Shown: one piece after another, positions 1-9,333 of the stretch
How the letters are laid out: every line of letters starts with the position of its first letter
How positions within the stretch are numbered: position 1 is the stretch's first letter
Assembly: GCA_964636255.1 (NCBI GenBank)
Contig: CAZWNW010000015.1
Span: 760-64,759, forward strand
Origin: an uncultured Bacteriovoracaceae bacterium
GTDB taxonomy: Bacteria > Bdellovibrionota > UBA2428
Reading direction: 5' to 3'
Length of the DNA stretch: 64,000 nucleotides
Position numbers and translations under genes: made by a program
The notes under the pieces: generated by a model
Database searches by the model: none
Told to the model about the DNA's origin: nothing
What the model saw: only the letters and a program-made list of their open reading frames with translations

Positions 1-2269
1 ATCAGAGTGATCCAATAAGTTGAACAAATTCTTGCGGAAGAATGTACTGTCTTTCTGCTGATTGTAAGCAAGTCTCAGTGCTGAACATTGCACCTCTGAT
101 CGCGAATCAGAAGAAAGTTTGACAAACTCTTCTTCATTTAAAGGTGTGATGTCTTTGTTACGAGTAAATTCCTGGGTTGCGGCCTGGCGTAGCTTTTCAT
201 TTGACCCAATAATCCATCCAAAAAGAGCGGAACGAATTTCTGGCCGAATTGCTTTGAGGTGAATCAGCACGCCGATCACATACGGACTCAGTTCCGGATC
301 CGAAAAATGCAAGATCTCATGCAGCAAGTCTATCAGCCGAGGAAAAAATGGATTTGCTGCCGAAACGTGTGTTGCTAAGAGGCGAATATCTTCGGTGGAT
401 AATTTTCGACTTCGAATCTGGCTTTCAAATTTTTCTGCGATCAATTTCCAAAAAATTTCGGGCTTTAGTGGTTCCTGCTTGAGGTGAGTTTCACCCGTAG
501 CCAATCCGACATTGTAGAGTTTGCTATGTTCGATCCATAGCCGATGAAGGGTTGCGATGGAGTTCGCTTCTTGGTCCAATTGACGACCATGAGCATCGAT
601 CAATTCGCCAATGCTTTTAGGACACTCGATACTTTCGGAATTTTGAATCAAGAAGTGATTGTTTTTGATGATGTCGATACCAAAACGGCGGTGAAGAATT
701 TCAAAAGTTTGATCAAGTCCACCAGCCGGCTGTGTGCTTGTTATTTTTTTAAAGTAGGGATGATTTTCAGCTTTCTCCCAATCCAAAATTCTAATTCGGG
801 GATCATTTTTAATCTTCAGTTTAAATACCAGGCCCTCTGTTCCGGCATAATTTTGTGCAGTACTCTCCGAAACGCTGGAATAGGCGCCACGCCCATAGAC
901 ATAAATTCCCCGGTTCTTCCCGGTGGACAACAAGAGTCCCCCTCGAAATATTGCAAGTGCATTATCAATCTTGGGAGTCCCGTGAAAGAGTTGACCATCG
1001 TGGACCCCATACTCATTTTCGAGTGCATTGGGTGAGATCAGAAAATCCCGCGGGAAATCGTGCGGCAAATCAATTTTTTCACTTAACGGAGTTTGGTCTA
1101 TGAATTCCGGGACCAAGACCCTCTGGCTCTTTGCTTGTGCGGACAATAGGAACTCCCTAATGGAGCCTTCCAAAGATCCCGGAGAGCCTCGCCAGAATCG
1201 GTTTTTAGCGCCGGAGCGACGGGAATTTCGAACGAGTTTGAAAAATTGTTCGAGAGCATTTTCCGTTACCTTTGATTCATGAAAGGCCTGATTCAAATCC
1301 TGAAGTTCCTCAAACAACAGTTCCGAGCCCTTGCCCAACTCAATCCAGGGCAATTCAAGTAATGGACGCAATCCCCGTACGGTTTGCTTTAACGAATCTC
1401 GATTTTTTTTGGGGTCAGTAGAAATGAGGTAACGATACTTACCAGCAATAAGATCATCGACCACGCTAAAATCCAAGGCTGGCTCCAAAAACTTGCCATC
1501 AACGGGATCAAAGCTCATCCAATCGACACTCGAGCCTCCAGAAGCAATCGAGCTAGCAAGTTGGGTGTGCCAGTCTTTGATGTCAGCTACTGAAAATAAT
1601 GTTCGCAAAATTGCAGATTTTCCAACCCTAAGATTCTCTGAAGTTTCCATCGAATTAGTGGCTCGTAAAACGAATTCAGTGACTTCCGGCAGGTTCTTTT
1701 GGGAGACCCCATAGGCTAAAGAGTCGAGGTCACTGCCGATACCCCGCACAAATATGGCGGGAATTGCTCTGCCAGTCAGAGCTCGCCCCTGATAAAAGAA
1801 TTTTCCTTGAGCCATGAGTTCAAGGGTTTCTCGTGGGCTTCTAGGCGAGTCACTCTGTACCCCGGACAGCAATTCGTCGTAGATGTAAGCCACCGCGCTT
1901 CGAACAACCCCACCCGAGGGAATGACCCTGCTGTTACTTCCGAAGCGCGTTCTGATTTCCTTGTTTAAATAAGGGAAATAGGGAATCAGCTGAGGTTTGG
2001 AGTTGCCCTCAACGATCATGGGAATCGATAAACTCAGGAAAATTTCTTTCAGCGCTTTGGCAAGGAGCGCTTTGGATTCGTCCAGCTGACTTTTCGTTGG
2101 GCTGCTGGGTCCGCCGCGGTTGTCCAGATCTAAGAATAAATTCGGAAAATCTCTTTTTAATTCAAAGTAGTTGTTTGCAGAAATAGCGGCTGGTGATTCT
2201 GATTTTGCAGTTCCGCATAGAAAAACCAATAAGAGGCAAAGAAAAAAGCCCTTAAGCCGATACCCCATT
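1..2269 (-). CDS. large secreted hypothetical protein, C-terminus beyond window start (>750 aa in window)
   Basis: Hand translation of the minus strand from ATG near 2269 gives an open frame to position 1 with no stop seen. It is absent from the ORF track because it is edge-truncated. N-terminus MGYRLKGFFLCLLLVFLCGTAKS is signal-peptide-like. The plus-strand ORFs at 544-1714 are short fragments. No family recognised. Confidence 0.45.
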
Positions 2270-2400
2270 CGTGCCCGGCAATATGGCAACTTCGACAGTT
2301 CAACTCAAGCGATTTAATCTCCGGGCAATTCCCTAGTCAGCCATCCGGTCGCCGCTTCGAATAGCTCGCACTCAATGCGATGATCAGTCGTGGGGCTGCT

Positions 2401-2811
2401 TCAATTGGATCGAATGTTTTGACGCCCATCAGGACATGGATAACCTTGATGGTGTTTTAATATTCCTGAGGCACAGTGAAGAGTTATCGAATCTTTTTTT
2501 GGAAAATGGGAATCCGGTCGCTCACAGGTAAAACTCCGATAATATGCGACACTCTGGGTTTCGTAGGAATCTCCGCTAAGGGTAAAACCGATTTGATCTG
2601 GAAATGTTTTATAATCGGATTCGTTATAGGCCACAAAGCCGTTGAATATGACCCCTTGTTTTGTTCCCGAGCCATCTCGACAGGTGATCTCGGCAAATCT
2701 TGGATTTACGAGACTAGAGCTTTCGCTGCTTTGTGAAGGCTTTCGGTCCTTTAGACTCGAACAAGCAGAAAACATTAATATCAACGCAAAAAATAACGAG
2801 AATTTCATCAC
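2401..2811 (-). CDS. small lipoprotein, unknown function
   Basis: N-terminus MMKFSLFFALILMFSAC has a signal peptide with lipobox FSAC. 136 aa. Confidence 0.45.
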   Translation of the reverse strand: MMKFSLFFALILMFSACSSLKDRKPSQSSESSSLVNPRFAEITCRDGSGTKQGVIFNGFVAYNESDYKTFPDQIGFTLSGDSYETQSVAYYRSFTCERPDSHFPKKDSITLHCASGILKHHQGYPCPDGRQNIRSN

Positions 2812-2859
2812 CCATATTCTACATCGATTGGCATAAATTAAGCAATAACCGATCCCCGC

Positions 2860-3756
2860 CTAGCGCGTGTCGATGATGCGCCAGCGATTTGAATAGGGAT
2901 TGTAGAGAACGTTGTTGGTGTGTGGGTTCATGCCATTGAAAATATTTGGACCGAATTGGCGGTAGTTGCTGTTGATGAAGCGGGAATACTGCAGCAAAAA
3001 AAGTTTTCGGGCCTTGGATGGCATCATGTCGCTTTGGATGGCTTGATCGATGTCATCAATGGCAAGCCCAGTTTCGTAGCTGAGCATCAACGCATTACGG
3101 TCAGCGTCTTCGCCCAGCACCTCGACGACCGAAACACCGGTATCCTTCAACTCACGCAGGGCTTGGGCTTGATTTTGACGTTCATGATTGGGCGGGAAAA
3201 TGTGGAAAACCTTGATCACAAACTCTCGTTCACCGTCTCGTACAAGGTAAGCGATTCCTTCCTCGGCTCCGCCCAGACGGGCCGTGACCAAATAGTCGCG
3301 TTCGTTAAAGCGAATCTTTTCCACGTCACGTGAATCGGCGGCCCGCGCACGCACAATGGCGGAATGCGCTTCGGTCAAATGACTTCGGAGCGAGAGCCAC
3401 TCCGTCTCGGCCTGCTTTAAAAATTTATCGAATTCCGCGCGGATCTCGCGGGCCGTAAAGAGGCGTTCAGGCGCGGCACCAAAAGAGGTCTTCATGTAAT
3501 CCATGAATACCAACAAAATGTATTTATTCGGATCAGCGGTCATGGGACCGATGAAGGCATCATGCGGCCCCATGAAATCAACCAGACTACGGTAATTCTG
3601 AAAAAACTTGGGGTAGGGCTGGGCATCGGGGATCGTCGCAGGCATCGCTGCGACTTCACATGGGCTTGGGGCCGGCAGCCCTGTCTGGGTCGCCCAGGAA
3701 GCGGAGGACATCAAGAGAAGTAGCTGAAATCCCAAGAGCTTAACGCGCAGCGCCAT
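2860..3756 (-). CDS. secreted hypothetical protein
   Basis: Track ORF 2860..3849. An internal Met begins a signal peptide MALRVKLLGFQLLLLMSSASWA, giving a likely start near 3756. No family recognised. Confidence 0.45.
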   Translation of the reverse strand: MALRVKLLGFQLLLLMSSASWATQTGLPAPSPCEVAAMPATIPDAQPYPKFFQNYRSLVDFMGPHDAFIGPMTADPNKYILLVFMDYMKTSFGAAPERLFTAREIRAEFDKFLKQAETEWLSLRSHLTEAHSAIVRARAADSRDVEKIRFNERDYLVTARLGGAEEGIAYLVRDGEREFVIKVFHIFPPNHERQNQAQALRELKDTGVSVVEVLGEDADRNALMLSYETGLAIDDIDQAIQSDMMPSKARKLFLLQYSRFINSNYRQFGPNIFNGMNPHTNNVLYNPYSNRWRIIDTR

Positions 3757-3997
3757 GAATATGTGTGTATACCCATTTTGAGTCCAACTGGTCAAGTTGC
3801 GAATCCGGGCTGCGGCCTGGCCAAAATCGGATCTCAGCCCCCTCTCCAAAACTTCGATCGGCTATGGCCTTTCTTGAGGATTCGGGGACACTATTCTTAT
3901 GGATTCGCGCAATGATGAAATCATGGAAGCTCGGGATACCCATTCCGTCTGATTGCGGCGAAGGAGGGCCGGTAGGCCTAGTCCGCAATATAGGTCG

Positions 3998-4537
3998 TCA
4001 GTGTGTTTTCTTCGGGTTCTTCTTTTCTGCCCGAGGTGGATTATTTTTTGCCTCTTCTTCCATTAACTGAACATAAGATTCCATAGCCATGTTGAAGGAC
4101 AATAAAGATGAATAAGCCGGGAATTTTTCTGGGTCGAAAAGGAACTGGGCAGTTTTTGCCGGATAGTGAAAACCACCTTCAGGATAAGCTTTTCTCCAGC
4201 CTTTCAAGGCCGAAAGTTTGAGCTCCTTTATCCAGCCTCTGGACAGGAGGCCAGCAACTTTTTGAGCGTCCTCGGCGGTTTCACAATGCAAGAACTCCCA
4301 TTCATGCAGCTCCGGAATTTCGATGCGTACAACCGTTGGCTGTCCATTGGTATCGTTGACGACAGTAGCTTTGCTCATCTTGCCCGAAGTCCGAAGACGT
4401 AATTCCTGAATAATTTTTCCATGAGGCTTTCCGTCGATTCTTTCATAAATATCGCTTGTTGAAACCACAGTCTCCGCTATGCATAGCCGAGAAAAGAATA
4501 AGGTGATCGCCAAAGCAAATTTCCAATTTCTAATCAT
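3998..4537 (-). CDS. secreted hypothetical protein
   Basis: N-terminal hydrophobic signal MIRNWKFALAITLFFSRLCIA. 179 aa. Confidence 0.4.
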   Translation of the reverse strand: MIRNWKFALAITLFFSRLCIAETVVSTSDIYERIDGKPHGKIIQELRLRTSGKMSKATVVNDTNGQPTVVRIEIPELHEWEFLHCETAEDAQKVAGLLSRGWIKELKLSALKGWRKAYPEGGFHYPAKTAQFLFDPEKFPAYSSLLSFNMAMESYVQLMEEEAKNNPPRAEKKNPKKTH

Positions 4538-4748
4538 AGACTGATTATGACTCTAATACCCTCAATCGGCAAATTCAAAGAGCTTCGTCCGAATGCCATT
4601 TACAAGATCCCGACGCATCTCAACTTTAGGGGCACGGGTGAGCGGAAGGCCTAAAGCTTTGCAGAGATCTTTTACATTTTTCACTTCAATGTAGGGCTTC
4701 GTTTGAGCATCTCCTTAAGTTTCTTCTTGGCGCATTCAATCTCGTGGG

Positions 4749-5084
4749 TCATGCGGCCTCAAGCGATACTCTGTACCTAAGTTTCGCGCGGTTCAGCTGG
4801 TCTTGAAGCGAAAGCCGAATGTATTGCTCCTCTGAGTAACCCAAAACCGTGGCAAAGTGGGTGGCACGCTCGGGGCTAACGAATTTTCGTCCTTTTTCAA
4901 TGTCATTTAGGTGTGAAACCGAGATTCCAAGCTTCTTAGCAAAATCCACCATGGTGGATTCCTCGGAAAGTCGTGTGCTTTCAAGCATACGAGCAAAACT
5001 CATAGGTGCGCCCACCAGTGAATCTAGAAATTTCATGGTGGAAGTCTTACGCCTTTTCTTGCGAGTCGGAATTTTAGTAGTCAT
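4749..5084 (-). CDS. XRE-family helix-turn-helix transcriptional regulator
   Basis: HTH segment TMVDFAKKLGISVSHLNDIEKGRK is typical of Cro/C1-type HTH. Small, basic N-terminus. Confidence 0.6.
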   Translation of the reverse strand: MTTKIPTRKKRRKTSTMKFLDSLVGAPMSFARMLESTRLSEESTMVDFAKKLGISVSHLNDIEKGRKFVSPERATHFATVLGYSEEQYIRLSLQDQLNRAKLRYRVSLEAA

Positions 5085-5138
5085 GCTTATTTACCTCCAC
5101 GACCAGTACTTCAATCTTCGACGACCGCACGTTTTTGA

Positions 5139-5157
5139 TTATACACCAATTTGGTGT
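5139..5157. promoter_or_regulatory. 17-bp perfect palindrome TACACCAA-T-TTGGTGTA upstream of the XRE gene, candidate operator
   Basis: Seen in sequence about 55 nt upstream of the 5084 start in the 170-nt intergenic region. Coordinates approximate. Confidence 0.4.
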
Positions 5158-5255
5158 AAGGCGCCGTAAATATTTCCTCAAAATTTTGTCCAAAAGTTGA
5201 TTAAAAAATGATCCGGATCATCGGATCTGTGGTTTTAGCAACGAAGCTGCCGTAG

Positions 5256-6314
5256 TCAGCGGCTCGAAAGTTTAGCCTTGTCACGATCCACCACTCCACT
5301 GCCGTTAGCGGCAGTAGAGCTTCGTATCCGTGGAATAAACTGAGCCAGCTTTTTTGCGCCAAAAGATTCAATGGCCGCAAGTTGATTATGCGCCCGACAA
5401 CGAAGCCTAAGATTTTCCGCAGAATTATCGCCGCCCATAGCAAAAGGCAGGATGTGATCAAACTCTAGTTTGTGTTTGGAGCAACACTGACGATCCCTGG
5501 CCGGATAAATGAATGTACATTGCCCCCGATCCCGCTGCCAAACCTGACGTTTGATCTCTCGCTCGATGTATCGTTTCGCTTTTGGCTGAGAATGATCGCC
5601 GTCCCCAATATTCCGATTCGTCCGGGGATCATGCCCGCTCACCACTTTCCGATCGCCACCCGAATCATTCGCACTCACAGAAAGCTTCACCTTCGGCGCT
5701 TTGGGCCGCAGCTCCTTCACAGTCCGAGAAACAGAAAACGCGATCAGATCTTTAATCGTCGCATTAGGTTTGGCGTGCGAGAGGAGATTCCGCAGTTCCT
5801 CGATCTCACTAAGAAGACCTGCTTCTGCAAGAAACTTGATTTCGCTATGGGTGTCAGACACCGCTCTCACACGTTCGGGCACGAGGCTAAATGGGTTTGA
5901 CGAACGGCTCACTAATTCCTTTTGAACTTGCTGCAGGGATTTGTTTTCCAAAGTCTGCAGAATCTGAACCTTCGCCTGCACACTCGTAATTTTTTCCTTC
6001 TCCTGCCTAAAAAAACTCTGCGCTTTTGATAGCGCACTCAAAGTCAGCGCGCCCGATTCCACCTTCGCCTCAATTTCAGGAATCTCCCTCAAAAGCCGCA
6101 TGCTGGAAATTCGTCTCTGCGCAGCACTCTCGGAATATTTCAATTCCTTCACCGCATACTCAAACAAACTTGAGTAAGACAATTTCGCATAAAGATGCCG
6201 CCTCTCCACCTCTCGCAAATGATGCAAAACTTTAAGAGTAATTTCCCTCTCCCCATGAACAAGATCATTCAAGTTTTCCAGGAGATTTTTGTCAGAAAGC
6301 CCACGTAAATTCAT
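5256..6314 (-). CDS. HNH endonuclease-domain protein with long helical N-terminal region (DUF222-like architecture)
   Basis: C-terminal CTFIYPARDRQCCSKHKLEFDHILPFAMGGDNSAENLRLRCRAHN is an HNH motif (Cys pairs, DH, N..N). The N-terminal 250 aa are helical, like 13E12/DUF222 proteins. Confidence 0.65.
   Translation of the reverse strand: MNLRGLSDKNLLENLNDLVHGEREITLKVLHHLREVERRHLYAKLSYSSLFEYAVKELKYSESAAQRRISSMRLLREIPEIEAKVESGALTLSALSKAQSFFRQEKEKITSVQAKVQILQTLENKSLQQVQKELVSRSSNPFSLVPERVRAVSDTHSEIKFLAEAGLLSEIEELRNLLSHAKPNATIKDLIAFSVSRTVKELRPKAPKVKLSVSANDSGGDRKVVSGHDPRTNRNIGDGDHSQPKAKRYIEREIKRQVWQRDRGQCTFIYPARDRQCCSKHKLEFDHILPFAMGGDNSAENLRLRCRAHNQLAAIESFGAKKLAQFIPRIRSSTAANGSGVVDRDKAKLSSR
5295..5316. 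repeat. small palindromic element copy 1 (ACTGCCG-TTA-CGGCAGT)
   Basis: Intergenic hairpin at the HNH gene 3' end. Shares the core CACTGCCG...CGGCAGTA with copies at ~6387 and ~7847. Confidence 0.4.
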
Positions 6315-6321
6315 AAAAAAT

Positions 6322-6349
6322 ATATACCATACAAATGTATGGTATATAA
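6322..6349. promoter_or_regulatory. 28-bp palindrome TATATACCATACA-AA-TGTATGGTATATA immediately upstream of HNH gene start
   Basis: 13-bp perfect inverted arms seen in sequence 8-35 nt upstream of the start. Candidate operator or promoter element. Coordinates approximate. Confidence 0.4.
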
Positions 6350-6386
6350 GTGTTTTTCCCTAGGGCTCCGCAAAAAAACAGAAAAC

Positions 6387-6420
6387 TTCACTGCCGCCAC
6401 CGGCAGTAAAATCCGGCGCC
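6387..6420. repeat. small palindromic element copy 2 (TTCACTGCCGCCACCGGCAGTAAAATCCGGCGCC)
   Basis: Intergenic. Hairpin ACTGCCG/CGGCAGT plus a shared 3' tail AATC.GGCGCC with copy 3. Confidence 0.4.
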
Positions 6421-6440
6421 CACATCAAAACCCCAGCAAC

Positions 6441-6641
6441 TCAAGGAACGATCGGCACGCCGTCAATGTTCCCATCTTTGTAAAGCATTCTCAGATAGGC
6501 GCGGGCCGCGTCTTCCTTGGATTTGTGAACTTCTTCTTCGACGATCGCGAAACGATAAAGGCCAATTTCGTCCGACAGATAGACACGGAAGTCGCCTTCC
6601 GCCCTCTTCAAAATCACCGCTCGGGCCATGGGCATCTTCAA
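6441..6641 (-). CDS. small hypothetical protein (weak HicB-antitoxin-like pattern)
   Basis: 66 aa. Pattern AVILKRAEGDFRVYLSDEIGLYRFAIVEEEVHKSKEDAARAY resembles the HicB N-terminal fold loosely. No HicA partner found. Confidence 0.25.
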   Translation of the reverse strand: MKMPMARAVILKRAEGDFRVYLSDEIGLYRFAIVEEEVHKSKEDAARAYLRMLYKDGNIDGVPIVP

Positions 6642-6874
6642 ATCTAGATCTTCCAGATTTGCATTTCGCTCATGGCTTCCATAAAACTCGATTTTTACTG
6701 CCTACCCTGACTTCTTCATCCCGCAAATTCCACCGGCTTTGGGAAAAAAGAAAGTCACCGTCGTGCCCGCCTCATCCTGAGATTCGATCAGAGTCAGATA
6801 AATATTTGTTATTTAAAGATAAATTTCTGTGAGACAAAGAAAGCTATTGCTCCGCGTTAGCGCTTGGACTATCC

Positions 6875-7147
6875 GTGCAATGCGAGAGGCGCTATCTAAT
6901 GTATCTACTTATTTTATTTAGTTTGGTTTTTCTGGCACCCACGACTGCTCTTTCAATAAAAGTAGGCAATGGAATTTGGCAGGGTTGCGTTTGGGATGGA
7001 CCTCGGGATGGCGGCGATGTTACCGATGCCCCTAGATCCACTCAACGTGTTTTCGAAAAGAAAGAGCCACTTCAAATCAAAGACCATGTCATCATCCAAG
7101 GTGGAGAAACCGGCGAAGTTCATTCTCTTGTTGAAGGCAAACCGTGA
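6875..7147 (+). CDS. small ORF with signal-peptide-like segment, overlaps start of next gene
   Basis: Internal MYLLILFSLVFLAPTTALS is signal-like. Its 4-nt overlap with 7144..7794 suggests an operon or a frameshifted single gene. Confidence 0.25.
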   Translation: MQCERRYLMYLLILFSLVFLAPTTALSIKVGNGIWQGCVWDGPRDGGDVTDAPRSTQRVFEKKEPLQIKDHVIIQGGETGEVHSLVEGKP

Positions 7148-7794
7148 TTGTTCGGATTCGAGATGGAGTGTTGAAGGCGGCTCATGTTGATGTCATTGGA
7201 AAATCCATGAAGCAATGGGGACCCTTCAAAGTGGGATCCGCTGTCCTAATGAGAGTTCCAAACCTGGGTCAGGAGAAATATTTTTACGGAAAAATTGAAG
7301 AGCTTTACGACAATGGTTATGCGCACGTTAACTGGATGAATAGAGATTCTAACTCGTCGTTAGAGTCGATCACTGAGTTGCTTGCAGAGCATCCGCGAGA
7401 AACCCCCTTTGCTTTGGGTGATACGGTTCTACGTAAATTAGAGCCTGAAGTGGACAGTTTCACGAATAGGTATCAGCTGAACACTGTCGTCGCAACATTT
7501 GAGAACAACCTGGCTTTAGTCCGAGACTCGGATGGGGTGCACTCTGTCGAACGATATTTAGGTTCGAGCCGTGGAATCATTCCTGAAATCGAGGATCACC
7601 AAAACCTTTCAAAAAACACTTTGATTTATGTTTCCTTTCCAAATGACCCGTCAAGAGCGTGGACCATCGGCAAGCTCTTGAGGACTTTTTCAAGCGATCT
7701 TTTTCTTTTTCAAGATCAAAAGAGAATCGATCCGGAAGTTATACAGTATTCACAAATCAGAAAACTTTGCGACGGTCCACTCGCTCGACAATAG
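7144..7794 (+). CDS. hypothetical protein with two Tudor/agenet-like barrel-like segments
   Basis: Segments ...MRVPNLGQEKYFYGKIEELYDNGYAHVNWMN and ...LIYVSFPNDPSRAWTIGKLL were noted. No confident family. Confidence 0.35.
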   Translation: MIVRIRDGVLKAAHVDVIGKSMKQWGPFKVGSAVLMRVPNLGQEKYFYGKIEELYDNGYAHVNWMNRDSNSSLESITELLAEHPRETPFALGDTVLRKLEPEVDSFTNRYQLNTVVATFENNLALVRDSDGVHSVERYLGSSRGIIPEIEDHQNLSKNTLIYVSFPNDPSRAWTIGKLLRTFSSDLFLFQDQKRIDPEVIQYSQIRKLCDGPLARQ

Positions 7795-7846
7795 TTTGTA
7801 AAAGACCTGGATTTTAAAAGCGCTTAATCGAGAAACTCCTCATCCA

Positions 7847-7880
7847 CCTTCACTGCGGCAGTGAATCGGGCGCCGACGCG
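7847..7880. repeat. small palindromic element copy 3 (TTCACTGCGGCAGTGAATCGGGCGCC)
   Basis: Intergenic between convergent genes. Hairpin CACTGC/GCAGTG and the same tail. Confidence 0.4.
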
Positions 7881-7907
7881 AATGCATTTGATTCCTGAAA
7901 AACGCTC

Positions 7908-8351
7908 TTAAAGACTCCCTTCGGCCGCAAAGGGAGCCTGGACCAATAGTGGCGGGGCTTCTTTTCTAACGAATTCACTTTTAATGACCTGGTAGCGATA
8001 GCGGAAGATCATTTCTAATTGCTGCTTTACGAAGAATTTCCAAGCCAGATGGCCGATGAATCCTAGCGGAATGCGGTAGTGAACGGTGTCGATCATCAGG
8101 GTGCCGCTGGGGACTGGGTGAAATTCGTGCAAGTGTTCCCAGAGTTTGTAGGGGCCGCTGCTTTGGAAATCTATGGAATTCGTCCGGGCAAGGGTGTGAT
8201 CGCCTATTTGCTTTTTGATCACGAAAAAGGTTTCCCGCGGCAGCGTGAGCACGCCGTCTTGGGCGACTATGTGAAGGCTCCCGAATCGAGCGACTGGGAA
8301 ATCGCATTGCCTGTTCAAGTGAATAAAAAATATGTGCTGACCGTGTACCAA
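7908..8351 (-). CDS. possible SRPBCC/RatA-like (polyketide_cyc2) protein, conflicts with overlapping + ORF
   Basis: 147 aa, the typical length. C-terminal helix HLAWKFFVKQQLEMIFRYRYQVIKSEFV resembles the RatA/Coq10 C-terminus. Overlaps 8079..8525 by about 270 nt. Confidence 0.3.
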   Translation of the reverse strand: MVHGQHIFFIHLNRQCDFPVARFGSLHIVAQDGVLTLPRETFFVIKKQIGDHTLARTNSIDFQSSGPYKLWEHLHEFHPVPSGTLMIDTVHYRIPLGFIGHLAWKFFVKQQLEMIFRYRYQVIKSEFVRKEAPPLLVQAPFAAEGSL

Positions 8352-8525
8352 GATCTAAATGGCAATCGGCAGCTTGATAAAGATATCTTTGGCTATCCCC
8401 AAGAGCCGGTTGGCGCCTCCATGAATCCGCGCGTTTGCTTTGGGCCGCCGTCTTATAGTGATTGCGAATTTTTAATCAATGAATCAACAACTTTGATTGA
8501 TGTACATTGCAGTTGGATAAGTTGA
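8079..8525 (+). CDS. DUF2141-like protein (no signal peptide seen)
   Basis: Segments LEIYGIRPGKGVIAYLLFDHEKGF and YQDLNGNRQLDKDIFGYPQEPVGASMNPRVCFGPPSYSDCEF match the characteristic DUF2141 pattern (GI+..G.v...L..., NGNgkLD...GiP.E..G.SnN....GPPsf.d..F). GTG start. N-terminal signal absent. Confidence 0.45.
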   Translation: MNGVDHQGAAGDWVKFVQVFPEFVGAAALEIYGIRPGKGVIAYLLFDHEKGFPRQREHAVLGDYVKAPESSDWEIALPVQVNKKYVLTVYQDLNGNRQLDKDIFGYPQEPVGASMNPRVCFGPPSYSDCEFLINESTTLIDVHCSWIS

Positions 8526-8700
8526 TGAAATTCGGCGAACTTCTGGCAAATCTGTGAAGTCGGTGGCTTCTCAACATGAGCAACACGTCATTTAGTGACA
8601 TAAACAAAAAAAAATTAGTTATCCGATGCAGCTAGGAATGCGCAAAAAATCAGGTTAGGCTAACCCACTGTTAACGGATCGTGGTCTTAATGAGGTTGAA

Positions 8701-9324
8701 TTGCTACGACTTTTGGTAATAGATGATGAAGCATTTTATCGGTCTGCCGTTCAGGATCTGCTGAAAGGTGAAGATTTTGATCTTCGCTTGTCGCGTTCGC
8801 CCGGGGAAGCGTTGGAGGAGTTGACGCGTTCTTTTTTTGACTTGTTGATCTGTGACCACCTGATGCCAGAAATGAATGGGCTCGATTTGCTTGCCCACGC
8901 CCGAAAATCCTGTTCTGTGCCGGCCGTTTTGATGGCCGTTTCCTTGGATGAAGTCGCAGAATCCCGAATGAATAAATTGGGTTCAATATCATTCCTTCGC
9001 AAGCCCTTCCAAAAGAATGAATTGTTGAAGGCCATTCAAGGCGCCCAAGAGATTTCAATCGAAAGGAACCTAATACTAGGTCCCGATGCAAAGATGTCTG
9101 CGGTCGCTATTGGAATTTTTGCCAATGGCAGACAGCTAAAGTGCCCGGTCTATTGGAAAAGTCAAAACGGACGATTTCTTCGTTTTCAACAACTGGCTCG
9201 GGCGGGTGAATTTCTGAGTGCTGAGGTGATTGCGGGTTTCAAAAGACGTGGTTTGGATTTTCTCTTTTTAAGAGAAGAAGATTATCAACGACATCAATCC
9301 GAATTGAGCACTGCAGGGGAATAA
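8701..9324 (+). CDS. response regulator (REC domain) with uncharacterised C-terminal domain
   Basis: LLVIDDE..., phospho-acceptor context LLICDHLMPEMNGLDLL and K in FLRKPF match a REC domain. The C-terminal 80 aa are unassigned, with no PilZ motifs. TTG start. Confidence 0.65.
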   Translation: MLRLLVIDDEAFYRSAVQDLLKGEDFDLRLSRSPGEALEELTRSFFDLLICDHLMPEMNGLDLLAHARKSCSVPAVLMAVSLDEVAESRMNKLGSISFLRKPFQKNELLKAIQGAQEISIERNLILGPDAKMSAVAIGIFANGRQLKCPVYWKSQNGRFLRFQQLARAGEFLSAEVIAGFKRRGLDFLFLREEDYQRHQSELSTAGE

Positions 9325-9333
9325 CCCGCATTT

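Noticed and set aside
800-1100. ADP-ribosyltransferase-like R / S-x-S / E-x-E spacing in the first large protein (YGRGAY...SSVSE...EGLVFKL)
   Set aside because: Too loose to distinguish from chance without profile search. Not reported as a feature.
6441-6641. HicAB toxin-antitoxin pair
   Set aside because: Only a loose HicB-like pattern in the 66-aa ORF and no HicA-like partner in either flanking gap.
9050-9324. PilZ domain in C-terminus of REC protein 8701..9324
   Set aside because: Neither the RxxxR nor the D/NxSxxG motif is present.
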